This document shows, piece after piece, positions 54,724-64,000 of a DNA stretch of 64,000 bases. The notes beneath the pieces were generated by a model. The model was not told the DNA's origin. It ran no database searches and saw nothing but the letters and a program-made list of their open reading frames with translations. The number at the start of each line of letters is the position of its first letter. Position 1 is the first letter of the stretch. Source of the stretch: an uncultured Candidatus Saccharibacteria bacterium (GTDB taxonomy: Bacteria > Patescibacteriota > Saccharimonadia > Saccharimonadales > Saccharimonadaceae); the NCBI GenBank assembly GCA_964402815.1, contig CAYODP010000001.1, forward strand, positions 415 through 64,414. The letters are read 5' to 3'. A program made the position numbers and the translations under genes.

Positions 54724-55735
54724 TATAAATTAACGTCGGGATGCCTTTGGCATGAATCTGATTCTCGACCATATTTTTGACATTAGCCATAATCTCGGTG
54801 ACGGCATCACTATTAGCAACCTCAATAAGTTTAGAAAGTTCAGTTTTCTCGGCACCAAATTCCTTGAGCCAACTTTGGAGAATTTGTTCAGCTTCTTTGC
54901 GGCCGGCTTGCATGATAACGGATTGATACATGATTCCCTGGTTATTCGATTCAGTGAAGATGCGGTTGAGGATCTGCGCTGCGTATTCAGTCTCAAGCAG
55001 GTCGGCGGCATGCATGTAGCGCGCAACAAGGTCAGAGTTGTTGAACTTATAACTGCCATCAGGTAACTGAATGGGGTAAACCATTAAAACGGTATTGTAT
55101 TCATCAAAGAAGCCAGAAGATTTTTGATTGCGATAACTTTGCACGCAAACAGTACAGCCAGGGTCGAAAATGTCGAGCGCAAGCGGTTTACCGTCTTGAT
55201 ATTTCTGAGCGAAGCTGTAAGGCTCAACGAGATAATCTTCGACTGGCCAACTATGGAAGCGGTCAGGAATATTCGTAAAAATCTCACCCCACTCTGAGAA
55301 CCAGCGGCCCGCCCATTCGATAGGGTTGGTAGGCTCGGCCGAATCGATGCCGCAGACTTCGGCACCTAATGCGCACGAGGCAGGCTGAGAAACATTGCAA
55401 GTGCCAAAAACCCAAAGAGCAAGACCAGCCTTCACCGCTTCAACAAGCGACCAAACGGTCAAAAATACGACTAGAATGGCGCTAACTTCGATAGTGACAC
55501 CGAGTGGCTTAATCCATTTAGGATGTTTGAGGGCAACTTTACTGAGCAGAGAGTTTTTGACATCATCCTTAAAATTAGTTTCACACTTTTGCAAGCGAAC
55601 TTTTTTACCGACGCAGCCCCAGGCTTTTTTAAAAGTAGCCCAGTATTTTTTACCAATATCACGACGGAAGATACTAAGGAAGGCGACGAACACTCCTATC
55701 AAACAAAGAATAATAAATGCCGCGATGCAAACCAT
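54686..55735 (-). CDS. Membrane-anchored DsbA/thioredoxin-fold protein
   Basis: Two TM helices, DPGCTVC (CxxC), C-terminal GIPTLIYNG cis-Pro loop. Confidence 0.75.
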   Translation of the reverse strand: MVCIAAFIILCLIGVFVAFLSIFRRDIGKKYWATFKKAWGCVGKKVRLQKCETNFKDDVKNSLLSKVALKHPKWIKPLGVTIEVSAILVVFLTVWSLVEAVKAGLALWVFGTCNVSQPASCALGAEVCGIDSAEPTNPIEWAGRWFSEWGEIFTNIPDRFHSWPVEDYLVEPYSFAQKYQDGKPLALDIFDPGCTVCVQSYRNQKSSGFFDEYNTVLMVYPIQLPDGSYKFNNSDLVARYMHAADLLETEYAAQILNRIFTESNNQGIMYQSVIMQAGRKEAEQILQSWLKEFGAEKTELSKLIEVANSDAVTEIMANVKNMVENQIHAKGIPTLIYNGKKHNGLFKAD

Positions 55736-55767
55736 GCTAATAGTATAGCACAGACTGAGTGAGCTGG

Positions 55768-57522
55768 CTACTCGTCTTCTGTGATAAGATTTAGATGAGC
55801 TTCTTCAAGCATCTTCTCGTCTACATCGGATGGAGAGCCCATCATAAGGTCAACACCAGAGCCGTTTTTAGGAAAGGCAACAATATCACGAATATTAGTA
55901 ATTCCCTCGAGCACCATAAACATGCGGTCAATACCAAATGCACAGCCAGCATGAGGAGGAGCGCCAAACTTAAAGGCATTAATCATACCGCCGAACTTTT
56001 GGTCGACATAGGCCGAGTCGTAACCAAGCACACCAAAAACTTCATACATGATTTCGGGATTGTAATTGCGTACGGCGCCGGAGCAAATCTCGTACCCATT
56101 CATCACCATGTCATATTGGTCAGCCACGATGTCGAGCTTGTTTTCAGTCTCGCGAATAGCCTGGAGGCCGCCCTTAGGCAAAGAGAACGGATTGTGACCA
56201 AAGTCGAGCTTATTAGCACCGTCATCCCATTCGTAAAACGGGAAATCTACAATCCAGCAAAGTGCAATTTGATTATCATCCTTCAAGCCCAGTGCATCAG
56301 CAAAAGCAATACGCATAGCACCAAGAACTTTATTAACTTTCTCGCGCTCATCCGCGCCAAAGAACACGGCATCACCATCTTTCGCACCGGTCAAATCTTG
56401 AATACTCTTTAATTCTTCCGGTTTTAGAAACTTAGCGATTGGGCTACGCACCTCGCCATGCTCATATAATATATATGCCAAGCCACCAGCGCCATTCTTG
56501 CGAGCAAGCTCCGTGAACTCGTCAATCTGCTTACGCGTGAACTTGGCGCCGCCGGGAACACAAATAGCTTTGACGCAAGGAGCTTGAAAAACTTTAAACT
56601 CGACGTTTTTAAGTGCATTAGTAAGGTCGATTAGCTCAAGACCGTAGCGCAAGTCGGGTTTATCGGTGCCGTATTTCTCCATGGCTTCACGGTACGGAAT
56701 GCGCGGAACGTCTTCACTAAACAACTTTTTGCCAGCAAATTCGGTGACGAGTTGTTTGATAAGTGGCTCCATGGTAGTGCGAACAACTTCGCCGTCGTCC
56801 ACAAAAGACATTTCGGCGTCAAGCTGATAGAAGTCACCGTAGAGACGGTCGGCGCGAGGGTCTTCATCGCGGAAGCAGGGGGCAATTTGATAATAGCGCG
56901 GAACGCCACCAACCATGAGTAGCTGTTTGAACTGCTGCGGAGCTTGGGGAAGAGCATAGAATTGACCCGGATGAATACGAGACGGAACGAGAAAATCACG
57001 AGCACCTTCGGGTGAAGAGTTGGCGAGAATTGGCGTAGTGATTTCGATAAAATCATGCTCATCCATGTACTTACGCATAAATCGATAATACTCGGCACGG
57101 CGCTTCAAGGTGCGCTGCATAGACGGGCGGCGTAAATCTAGATAGCGATAACGCAAACGGAGCTCTTCGCCAGAAGCGTCGCCTTCGTCATGAGTATTAA
57201 CGGGGAGCGGCTCCGACCTAGTGATTAGCTCGAGTTTATCTACGACGATTTCAATATCGCCAGTTTCGATATTAGGATTTTTGAGCTCGGGCGCACGCTC
57301 GCGGACAGTGCCCTCGGCGGTAATGACGAACTCGTCACGCAGGCTTTCGGCGATAGAAAACGCTACCTCGGCTTCGGGGGTGATAACTAACTGAATGATT
57401 CCCTTGTGGTCACGCAAGTCGATGAAGATTAGGCCGCCATGGTCACGGCGTGAATTAACCCAGCCGGAGACCTGTACGGTTTTACCAATTTCTGCCTTTA
57501 AATCTGTAGATAAACTTCTCAT
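55768..57522 (-). CDS. aspS: Aspartyl-tRNA synthetase
   Basis: RRDHGGLIFIDLRD, RYRYLDLRR, EGARDFLVP, LPQAPQQFKQLLM, CFRDED, GAPPHAGCAFGIDR. Confidence 0.97.
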   Translation of the reverse strand: MRSLSTDLKAEIGKTVQVSGWVNSRRDHGGLIFIDLRDHKGIIQLVITPEAEVAFSIAESLRDEFVITAEGTVRERAPELKNPNIETGDIEIVVDKLELITRSEPLPVNTHDEGDASGEELRLRYRYLDLRRPSMQRTLKRRAEYYRFMRKYMDEHDFIEITTPILANSSPEGARDFLVPSRIHPGQFYALPQAPQQFKQLLMVGGVPRYYQIAPCFRDEDPRADRLYGDFYQLDAEMSFVDDGEVVRTTMEPLIKQLVTEFAGKKLFSEDVPRIPYREAMEKYGTDKPDLRYGLELIDLTNALKNVEFKVFQAPCVKAICVPGGAKFTRKQIDEFTELARKNGAGGLAYILYEHGEVRSPIAKFLKPEELKSIQDLTGAKDGDAVFFGADEREKVNKVLGAMRIAFADALGLKDDNQIALCWIVDFPFYEWDDGANKLDFGHNPFSLPKGGLQAIRETENKLDIVADQYDMVMNGYEICSGAVRNYNPEIMYEVFGVLGYDSAYVDQKFGGMINAFKFGAPPHAGCAFGIDRMFMVLEGITNIRDIVAFPKNGSGVDLMMGSPSDVDEKMLEEAHLNLITEDE

Positions 57523-57673
57523 GAGTTAATTATACCACTAATCGCCTCTATTGCAAAGCTTAGTAAACCAAGTGGATGCTCTGAACTCTTAATGCAAAAA
57601 TCAGACTAGTACCTCAAAATCAGTACCTTTTGGTGTGGGATTACTTACATTGTAGCACACATTACTAAAAATG

Positions 57674-59404
57674 TCAAGGGGTACGGTTCTTCATAGCACG
57701 ATTGACCGCCCAGTACTCAACGTCCACGAAGCGATCAGTAGCATAGATTAGTGTATCATCCTCGGAAAACGAGCGGGTGTTTTTATTAAAATAGTAGACT
57801 AGACTAACTTGATAGATGCCGATAGCAGGGACATCCGTCACCCAGCGACGCAGGAAAGTTTCGTATTTGGCGGCACGGCCAGTGACACTCATAGTTTCGC
57901 GAGCACTCAAGATAAGGTCATCCACAAGAGCATTAGCGTAATTAGAGAGATTGAGACCAGTGGCGGAAGCCTGCGATGAATGGTAATAGGCGAAGAGGTC
58001 AAGGTCGGCACCGAGCTCAACTTCGTAGAGCAGAATATCGTAGGCGCGCGGGCGAATAATATTAACGATAAAATCTTGGCCGGGGTCATAAACCGAGAGG
58101 TCAACTACGAAACCGAGCTGCTCAAGCTGCTCCTTCCACTGCTCGGCTAGCTTAGGAAAATAGCCGGTACTAATAGTGGCAAGACGTAAAGTTTGACCTT
58201 TAAGCCCTGCGGCAGTGATTTCTTCGCGGGCGCTAACGGGGTCGTAAGTGGGCAAAGCCGGGTATTCGCTAACTTCAATTTCGGAAGTGATGAGCGGGTA
58301 GTCAAGCGGGTATTCGTAGCCAAGAACAGAACGAATTGCGGAGATGTCGACGCCTTTCTGAATGGCTTGACGCACGGTGACATTGTTTAGGAGTGAGCTA
58401 GCAGTATTTAAGAAAGCGAAAACACCACTGGCTAAAGAAGTTTGCTTCTCGTAAATCAAATCAGTAGGGAGCTGGTCGCGATATTCAGCGGAAAGTTCGG
58501 CCGTAGCTGTAACTTCGCCTGTGGAAACAGCAGTGACAATATCTTCGGCAGAAGAATAAGTATGAATGGCAAAGCTATTAAGCATGGGGCGAGTCTTGTA
58601 ATAATATGGGTTACTAGCGAGATAAATGATACGCTCACCGTCGCTCGAAACATCTTGCATAGCGTTAAAAGTGAAAGCACCAGAAGTTACGGGTTGACTG
58701 CTGAAACTGTGTTCGAGAAGCTGACCGGGATTGACATCGGCTAGAATATGAGAGGGGAGAATGGGCAGGTTAAGCGTGGCATCGAAATCCGCATAAGGTG
58801 ACGGCAGAGCAAAAACTAGAGCATCGTTAATTCGTTCGATGGTAACTCCCGAGAAATTGGAGCTATATGGACTATTGACAGCGGGGTCTTTGGCAAGATT
58901 AATCGTGAAGAGGACGTCATCAAGTGTGATAGGCTCGCCATCAGACCATTTTAGGCCGTCTTTTAAGGTGACCGTCCAGGCCTTGCCAGTTTCATCGGGA
59001 ATGATTGACGCGGCTAGACCAAGACCGACATGACCAGAGTAATCAATCGCGGAGAGCGTAGCAAACATGAGTTTAGAAAGAACTTTTTCACTCTCGGTGG
59101 TAGCAAAAAGTGGATTGAGCGTACTAACGCGACCATTGGTAGCTTCGATATAAGTACCGCCATCAACATAAGCCTGGACAGAGTAGGATTGTTTATACCA
59201 AAATGCTTGCGTGAGAGCTAATGAAATAATCACAATTACGAGCAGGCACCACTCCAAGATTAAGAGACGAACACGACGAGCATTAGGGAGACGGCTAATG
59301 ATATTTTCTTGGATGTGCTCCTTACTACCTTCGCGAGCGCGTTCAGAAAATTGTTCCCAACGTCTGGCGATTTTGTGCCCACGCTTTTTTGTAGTAGGTG
59401 TCAT
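57674..59404 (-). CDS. ABC transporter peptide/nickel-type substrate-binding protein (family 5)
   Basis: TLNPLF, LA.S...D..GK.WT.TL..GLKWSDGEPITLDDV.FT, VTSGAFTF; N-terminal TM anchor. Confidence 0.85.
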   Translation of the reverse strand: MTPTTKKRGHKIARRWEQFSERAREGSKEHIQENIISRLPNARRVRLLILEWCLLVIVIISLALTQAFWYKQSYSVQAYVDGGTYIEATNGRVSTLNPLFATTESEKVLSKLMFATLSAIDYSGHVGLGLAASIIPDETGKAWTVTLKDGLKWSDGEPITLDDVLFTINLAKDPAVNSPYSSNFSGVTIERINDALVFALPSPYADFDATLNLPILPSHILADVNPGQLLEHSFSSQPVTSGAFTFNAMQDVSSDGERIIYLASNPYYYKTRPMLNSFAIHTYSSAEDIVTAVSTGEVTATAELSAEYRDQLPTDLIYEKQTSLASGVFAFLNTASSLLNNVTVRQAIQKGVDISAIRSVLGYEYPLDYPLITSEIEVSEYPALPTYDPVSAREEITAAGLKGQTLRLATISTGYFPKLAEQWKEQLEQLGFVVDLSVYDPGQDFIVNIIRPRAYDILLYEVELGADLDLFAYYHSSQASATGLNLSNYANALVDDLILSARETMSVTGRAAKYETFLRRWVTDVPAIGIYQVSLVYYFNKNTRSFSEDDTLIYATDRFVDVEYWAVNRAMKNRTP

Positions 59405-59431
59405 GCTTGAATCGCTACCCTTATTCCCTTT

Positions 59432-59662
59432 TTATGCGGCTGGCACCAGCAACAAACATAAGATTGACATTACAAAAACTACAACACAGACAATCGTAGC
59501 GTTGAACAGTGACCGTTCAAGCCCGCGACGGGTGGTATATAATTCACCGGAGCTACCAAACCCGGCGCCGAGCGAAGCGCCACGTTGCTGTAAAAGAATT
59601 AACAAAACCGACAAAGCAGCTGAGACAAATACTAGACTCTGAAATAGTGTTCCCAAATTCAT
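59432..59662 (-). CDS. secG: Preprotein translocase subunit SecG
   Basis: LILLQQRGASLGAGFG....YTTRRGLERSL; two TM helices. Confidence 0.9.
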   Translation of the reverse strand: MNLGTLFQSLVFVSAALSVLLILLQQRGASLGAGFGSSGELYTTRRGLERSLFNATIVCVVVFVMSILCLLLVPAA

Positions 59663-59701
59663 ATTATTATTATACTCCGGCTGAGCTCAAAAATCAAGCA
59701 A

Positions 59702-60073
59702 CTAGCTGATAATTAAGTTGAGTACGGCATTAATTACACTCAACACCGCACTAGAAATAAAGGCACCCCAAAAACTCATTTCGACACCCGGTAATAAATA
59801 GATTGTAATTACTACCATGGCGGTATTGATAATAATCGTAGAAATGCCCATCGTGAGAATTGCAAGCGGGAGAGCTAAAACTTTAATAATCGGCTTAACA
59901 ATGGAATTGACAAGTGAAAAAATTAAACCGGCGGCAGCATAAAGCAACCAACTTTCGGCGAAAACCTCTTGCGATTCGGATGTAACGGTACCGAGCCAAG
60001 TGATACAAAGATACATACCTAGGCTAGAAGCTAGCCAGCGTAGTAAAAAAGTAAAAATCTGACGTTTAATCAT
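59702..60073 (-). CDS. YvlD-like four-TM membrane protein ('phage holin family' superfamily IV)
   Basis: LVNSIVKPIIKVLALP..ILTMG...IIIN; FWGAFISS. Confidence 0.8.
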   Translation of the reverse strand: MIKRQIFTFLLRWLASSLGMYLCITWLGTVTSESQEVFAESWLLYAAAGLIFSLVNSIVKPIIKVLALPLAILTMGISTIIINTAMVVITIYLLPGVEMSFWGAFISSAVLSVINAVLNLIIS

Positions 60074-60110
60074 GGTCTTTTATATTATAACACGGAACAA
60101 AAGTTTACGA

Positions 60111-61430
60111 TTATTTAAGCATATTTTTACGTTTGAGCAGCGTATGATAAGTGATAGCGAAACGATGAGCTTCGTCGTCGATGCGGGCGATAAGTTTAGC
60201 AATATGCGAATCGGGATTGAGTAGCACCATACGAAAATCATCAGCTTGTGGAATAATAATGCGCACGGCAGCATTGCGCGTATGGTCGCCAGACTTATCG
60301 CGACCAATAACTGCAATATGATGTTCAGCGAACAAATCTTTCACGGCATTAACTTGATTAACGCCACCATCGAGAATAACTAAATCCGGAAAGGGCCATT
60401 CGGAATGTTTGAGACGCCGAGTGACAACTTCTTGCATACTAGCCGTATCATCATTTTTTTGCGAGCGAAGTTTAAACTTGCGATATTCGGAACGGTCGGA
60501 AGCGCCGTTAGTAAAAACCACCATTGAACCTACGACATTAGTGCCGGATTGATGAGAAATGTCGTAGCCTTCGATGCGCTTGGGTGGCTCGGGGAGATTT
60601 AATAATTTCTGCAAATCGGTAAGAGCCTGGTCGGATGAAATATCTAAAAATTCTTTGTCGGAGAAAACGATTTTTTTCTGAAGTTCGCGCAAACCAAAAA
60701 GTTGTTTGCGAAGTTCGGCAGCTTCTTCAAAATCTTCGGCAGCAGCCGCCTGCTTCATTTGTTTTTCTAGCTCGCTCATTAACTTGTGCCGGCCGCCCTC
60801 GAGATAGAGCCGAAGCTTGCGCAGATTCTTTTTGTAGGCCTGCGGAGTGGTGCGGCCAACTTCAATGCCCGGAGTGAGGCCGAGGTCGGTGTTAAGAGTT
60901 TTCTTGCCGTCATAGGGTTTATCATAATACGGGAAAACTTTGCGTAAAATTCGCAGAGCCTGCATGACGGCAGTTTTACCATAGAAAGGACCAATATAAG
61001 TGGCTTTATCGTCTTGCGGAGTGCGAGTGAAACTAATATATGGAACTTCCGACTTCATATCGATACGCACATAAGAAACAGTTTTGTCGTCGCGCAAAAG
61101 AATATTCCATTTGGGCATATAACGTTTAATCATTTCTGATTCAAGGAATAACGCGTCCATTTCTGTATCAACCACAATCCAATCAGTATCGGCGATTTCT
61201 CGCACTAGAGCTTCGGTCTTAGGGTCTTTTTTGGTGTGATGGAAATATTGGCGGACGCGATTCTTGAGAACGGCAGCTTTGCCAACATAAATCACTTCGC
61301 CATTAACGCCTTTGTGAAAATATACACCTGGCGAGGCTGGTAAAATTTTGAGTTTCTGCAAAAGTTGCTCACGCATAGCGGGAGTTACTGTATCATTACT
61401 ACGAAGATTTTTCTCAGAATCTGGTTGCAT
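60111..61430 (-). CDS. uvrC: Excinuclease ABC subunit C (short form without HhH tail)
   Basis: LPASPGVY...IYVGKA..LKNRVRQYF GIY-YIG; UVR helix FEEAAELR; RIEGYDISH, PDLVILDGG, DEAHRFA. Confidence 0.92.
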   Translation of the reverse strand: MQPDSEKNLRSNDTVTPAMREQLLQKLKILPASPGVYFHKGVNGEVIYVGKAAVLKNRVRQYFHHTKKDPKTEALVREIADTDWIVVDTEMDALFLESEMIKRYMPKWNILLRDDKTVSYVRIDMKSEVPYISFTRTPQDDKATYIGPFYGKTAVMQALRILRKVFPYYDKPYDGKKTLNTDLGLTPGIEVGRTTPQAYKKNLRKLRLYLEGGRHKLMSELEKQMKQAAAAEDFEEAAELRKQLFGLRELQKKIVFSDKEFLDISSDQALTDLQKLLNLPEPPKRIEGYDISHQSGTNVVGSMVVFTNGASDRSEYRKFKLRSQKNDDTASMQEVVTRRLKHSEWPFPDLVILDGGVNQVNAVKDLFAEHHIAVIGRDKSGDHTRNAAVRIIIPQADDFRMVLLNPDSHIAKLIARIDDEAHRFAITYHTLLKRKNMLK

Positions 61431-61473
61431 TATCTATATATTATACTAGATAATATTTAAATATGCAAAGTTA

Positions 61474-61965
61474 CTAAGTTTGTTGATTGGCTAATTTATC
61501 GATTTTATTAGTGTAAGTCTTGATAGTGGCAATAGTAGATTCTTGATGAATATAGCGCGAGCCATCGGGACGCTTTTCGATAGTATAAAAACTATAAGTA
61601 CCCTCATTGGCATCGCCATTATTCCAGCTTTTGTTAAGTAGATCTTGTAATTTTACGGCGGTCTGCTCATCGAGTTCTACTTCGTAGACCATGTTTTCTT
61701 TAGCGATAAATTTTTGGCGCAAGCCGTTATACTCATCTTCATATTTGCGAACTTTACGGTCATCAAAATTGATACGGTAATAAATATCAGTATACGATCC
61801 GCCATCGCTCATAGTGGTTTCCCATTTCGAATCGGTAATGATGGCATACTGCCAGTTAAACTCTTGAGCGCGGAGTTCACGAATAAAAAACATGACGCCG
61901 ATTGCAGCAATCAAAACGATAATAATGCCAACCATAATTCGAGTAGTTTTGCCGTTCATTAACAT
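61474..61965 (-). CDS. Hypothetical membrane-anchored protein
   Basis: N-terminal TM followed by a soluble domain. Confidence 0.7.
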   Translation of the reverse strand: MLMNGKTTRIMVGIIIVLIAAIGVMFFIRELRAQEFNWQYAIITDSKWETTMSDGGSYTDIYYRINFDDRKVRKYEDEYNGLRQKFIAKENMVYEVELDEQTAVKLQDLLNKSWNNGDANEGTYSFYTIEKRPDGSRYIHQESTIATIKTYTNKIDKLANQQT

Positions 61966-62170
61966 TATTATAGCATACTTCGTGGAAATAATTGCACTGC
62001 TACTTGCTACGGGTTACGAAATCCGGAAAGGAATAACCCACACTTATTCTATAAAATAAAAATTACTTGCTTGACTACGGTCTCGTTGAATTATAATGAG
62101 CTTTGCGTTTTTATTTGTTATCTTGAGGTAAATACTAAAAGATATTGTTTGACTCAATCTTGAAATAATT

Positions 62171-63124
62171 TTATGAAGACTTGAGTGAAAGATTAGTTTC
62201 TTTAATGATGTAGATTGGACGTTTCTTAACTTCAAGGTAAGTTTTGGCGAGATACTGACCAATAATGCCGATTGAAAATAGTTGCACGCCGCTAACGAAA
62301 ACAATGATACAAACTAGAGATGGCCAGCCAGCAGTAGAATCACCGAAAGCTAGTGTGCGTACAATAATAAAAATAATCGCAATAAAAGCAATCAAGCAAA
62401 ACAATAAACCGATAAAGGAAGAAATCACCAGAGGAACCGTCGAAAAAGCAGTGATGCCTTCGATAGCATATTTAAATAATTTCCAGAAAGACCATTTAGT
62501 TTCTCCAGCAACACGTTGAACATTCTCGTATTCAATCCATTTAGTATTAAAACCAACGAAACTATTTAGACCTTTGGAATAACGGTTATATTCACGCAAA
62601 GAAGTAAGCGCATCAGCAACTTGGCGCGTCATCAACCAATAATCTCGCGCACCGTCGACCATTTGCACATTTGACATCTTATTGATTAGACGATAAAAAC
62701 GCCGCGCAAAGAAACTACGAATAGGCGGTTCGCCCTTGCGAGAGACTCGCCGCGTGCCGACGCGGTCATAGCCATTTTCGACAATCTCATTATACATTTG
62801 GCGCAAAAGGGCAGGCGGATCTTGCAAATCGGCGTCCATCAGCGTAATATAATCACCGCTTGCAGCATCGAGACCAGCAAGCATAGCGGCCTCTTTGCCA
62901 AAATTGCGCGAGAAAGAAATGTATTTTACTTTATTATCATATTCGCTAAGTGCCTTGAGAATATCAAGCGTCTGGTCAGTGCTACCGTCGTTCACAAAGA
63001 TATACTCAAACTCAATATCAAGTTGAGCAAAATCTTGTTGGCGGACTTTTTCCATTTCTTGGTAAAAGAGGGGTAGGGCTTTTTCTTCATTATAGCAAGA
63101 GACAATTACAGAAATCTTTTTCAC
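62171..63124 (-). CDS. GT2 polyprenol-phosphate glycosyltransferase (GtrB/CsbB type)
   Basis: ISVIVSCYNEE, VNDGSTD, SRNFGKEAAM.AG, DADLQDPP; two C-terminal TM helices; GTG start. Confidence 0.9.
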   Translation of the reverse strand: MKKISVIVSCYNEEKALPLFYQEMEKVRQQDFAQLDIEFEYIFVNDGSTDQTLDILKALSEYDNKVKYISFSRNFGKEAAMLAGLDAASGDYITLMDADLQDPPALLRQMYNEIVENGYDRVGTRRVSRKGEPPIRSFFARRFYRLINKMSNVQMVDGARDYWLMTRQVADALTSLREYNRYSKGLNSFVGFNTKWIEYENVQRVAGETKWSFWKLFKYAIEGITAFSTVPLVISSFIGLLFCLIAFIAIIFIIVRTLAFGDSTAGWPSLVCIIVFVSGVQLFSIGIIGQYLAKTYLEVKKRPIYIIKETNLSLKSS

Positions 63125-63198
63125 CTTTTACTCCTAAGTTAGGAACGACTGAGTTTATTATAACACTTGAATAGCTAAATATCAATGACGAGAGGTTA

Positions 63199-63666
63199 TT
63201 ATACTTGTAGGTCGAGAGATTGGTAGTTGTCATAATAGCGAATTTTCTGAGTGGTAAACTTAATCACACAATAATCTGGGTCAGTATTACTTTCGTAAAA
63301 AATCGTGTCCATGTCGCGCCAAATTTCATCTTTGATGGCTTGGTCGTAAAGAATCTCGGCCGTGCCAGTAAAAGCTGCGCCGCGATAAGTTGGGCGGTCA
63401 TAAAAGTAAAGACAAGCACGAGGATTGGCGAGAAGACTTTGAACTTTTTGTGAAGATGTATTAGTAGTAAGATAAAACTCGGTGAGACCTTTGCGTTTGC
63501 GAGGATTGAGCATGGCGCGAGTAGAAGGAAAACCTTGTCTATCAATAAAACTCAGAAAACACACTTCTTGGCGGTCAATCATCTCCCCGATAACACGTTC
63601 TAAATTGTTTGACTCTTGCATAACAGTTTTACCTCCGATATTTGTACTTATTTTAACATATTCCAT
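63199..63666 (-). CDS. Pyridoxamine 5'-phosphate oxidase-like (split-barrel flavin-binding) protein
   Basis: LSFID..GFP..RAM...FYLTTN.SS.KV..L..NP.ACLYF...GTAEIL; DPDY.VIKF. Confidence 0.85.
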   Translation of the reverse strand: MEYVKISTNIGGKTVMQESNNLERVIGEMIDRQEVCFLSFIDRQGFPSTRAMLNPRKRKGLTEFYLTTNTSSQKVQSLLANPRACLYFYDRPTYRGAAFTGTAEILYDQAIKDEIWRDMDTIFYESNTDPDYCVIKFTTQKIRYYDNYQSLDLQV

Positions 63667-63674
63667 AAGCGACG

Positions 63675-63699
63675 AAAAGCCACCCGTCAGGGTGGCTTA
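63675..63699. terminator. Terminator downstream of the 5S rRNA
   Basis: AAAAGCCACCC-GTCA-GGGTGGCTT. Confidence 0.7.
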
Positions 63700-63708
63700 A
63701 ACGTATAA

Positions 63709-63817
63709 TTTGGCACCTTGCTAGTTTCCCGCTTGGGGCAGTATAATCGCCGCGACTGGGCTTGACTTCTGTGTTCGGAATGTAAACAGGTATTTCCCCA
63801 GCGCTATGGGCACCAAG
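63709..63817 (-). rRNA. rrf: 5S ribosomal RNA
   Basis: Minus strand CTTGGTGCCCATAGCGCTGGGGAAATACCTG...ATTCCGAACACAGAAGTCAAGC...ACTAGCAAGGTGCCAA; conserved CCGAAC and AGAAG..AAGC; ends pair. Confidence 0.92.
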
Positions 63818-64000
63818 TGGCAAATGGGCACTTTTCTTTTTTAGATAAAAAGAAAAGTTCCCAACGTCAAAAGAAAAATAGTTCTTTCTAAAAGTCACGC
63901 GCATGTCGCGACTTTTAGAAGATTTACAACTTTTTGACGTTGCTGTTGGCGTCCATATAATCTTTCGATTATACATAGCATGATGAAAATTGTAAAACTT

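Noticed and set aside
59702-60073. Prophage lysis module suggested by the 'phage holin family' protein
   Set aside because: YvlD-like proteins are commonly chromosomal. This one sits between secG and uvrC with no endolysin or structural genes nearby.
63653-63976. 107-aa minus-strand ORF
   Set aside because: It overlaps the 5S rRNA, its leader and its terminator; spurious.
1-64000. Complete DGR cassette or CRISPR array
   Set aside because: No reverse transcriptase, no adenine-rich template copy of either candidate variable region, and no regularly spaced repeat-spacer array was found in the window.

Overview
This window is a mostly minus-strand chromosomal segment. Its gene content, short gene forms and terminal 5S gene fit a reduced-genome Candidatus Saccharibacteria (Patescibacteria/CPR) bacterium read in genetic code 11; this taxonomy is inferred, not database-checked. 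The core carries sbcB, trxB, pheT/pheS, metG, rsmA, pcrA, alaS, mnmA, iscS, tatD, typA, a MurC-like ligase, aspS, secG, uvrC, tRNA-Leu(GAG) and a 5S rRNA gene with no 23S beside it. There are two accessory layers. The first is a family of secreted surface proteins built from a WxL/pilin-like beta module plus FISUMP (Fib_succ_major-type, C-type-lectin-like) domains, at 3-1031, 14783-17404 and 35618-37036. The third copy sits in a four-gene cluster (34660-38631) with two membrane-anchored DUF916/DUF3324-like partners, and two of the lectin-domain ends have DGR variable-region-like codon patterns. The second is an AT-richer ~11.7 kb element (39028-50708) inserted at the 3' end of tRNA-Leu. It encodes a large serine recombinase interrupted by an in-frame TAG whose C-terminus crosses the att site, a P-loop helicase, a GIY-YIG nuclease behind a structured RNA, a zinc-ribbon nuclease, and a two-gene HEPN-like operon whose promoter is overlapped by a CIRCE-like operator. 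Also seen are a ~197-nt rod-shaped ncRNA or attenuator at 14507-14703, a palindromic repeat family with one copy inserted in frame in typA, and widespread leaderless-type gene starts. No CRISPR array or reverse transcriptase is present in the window. All family assignments are by motif recognition only.
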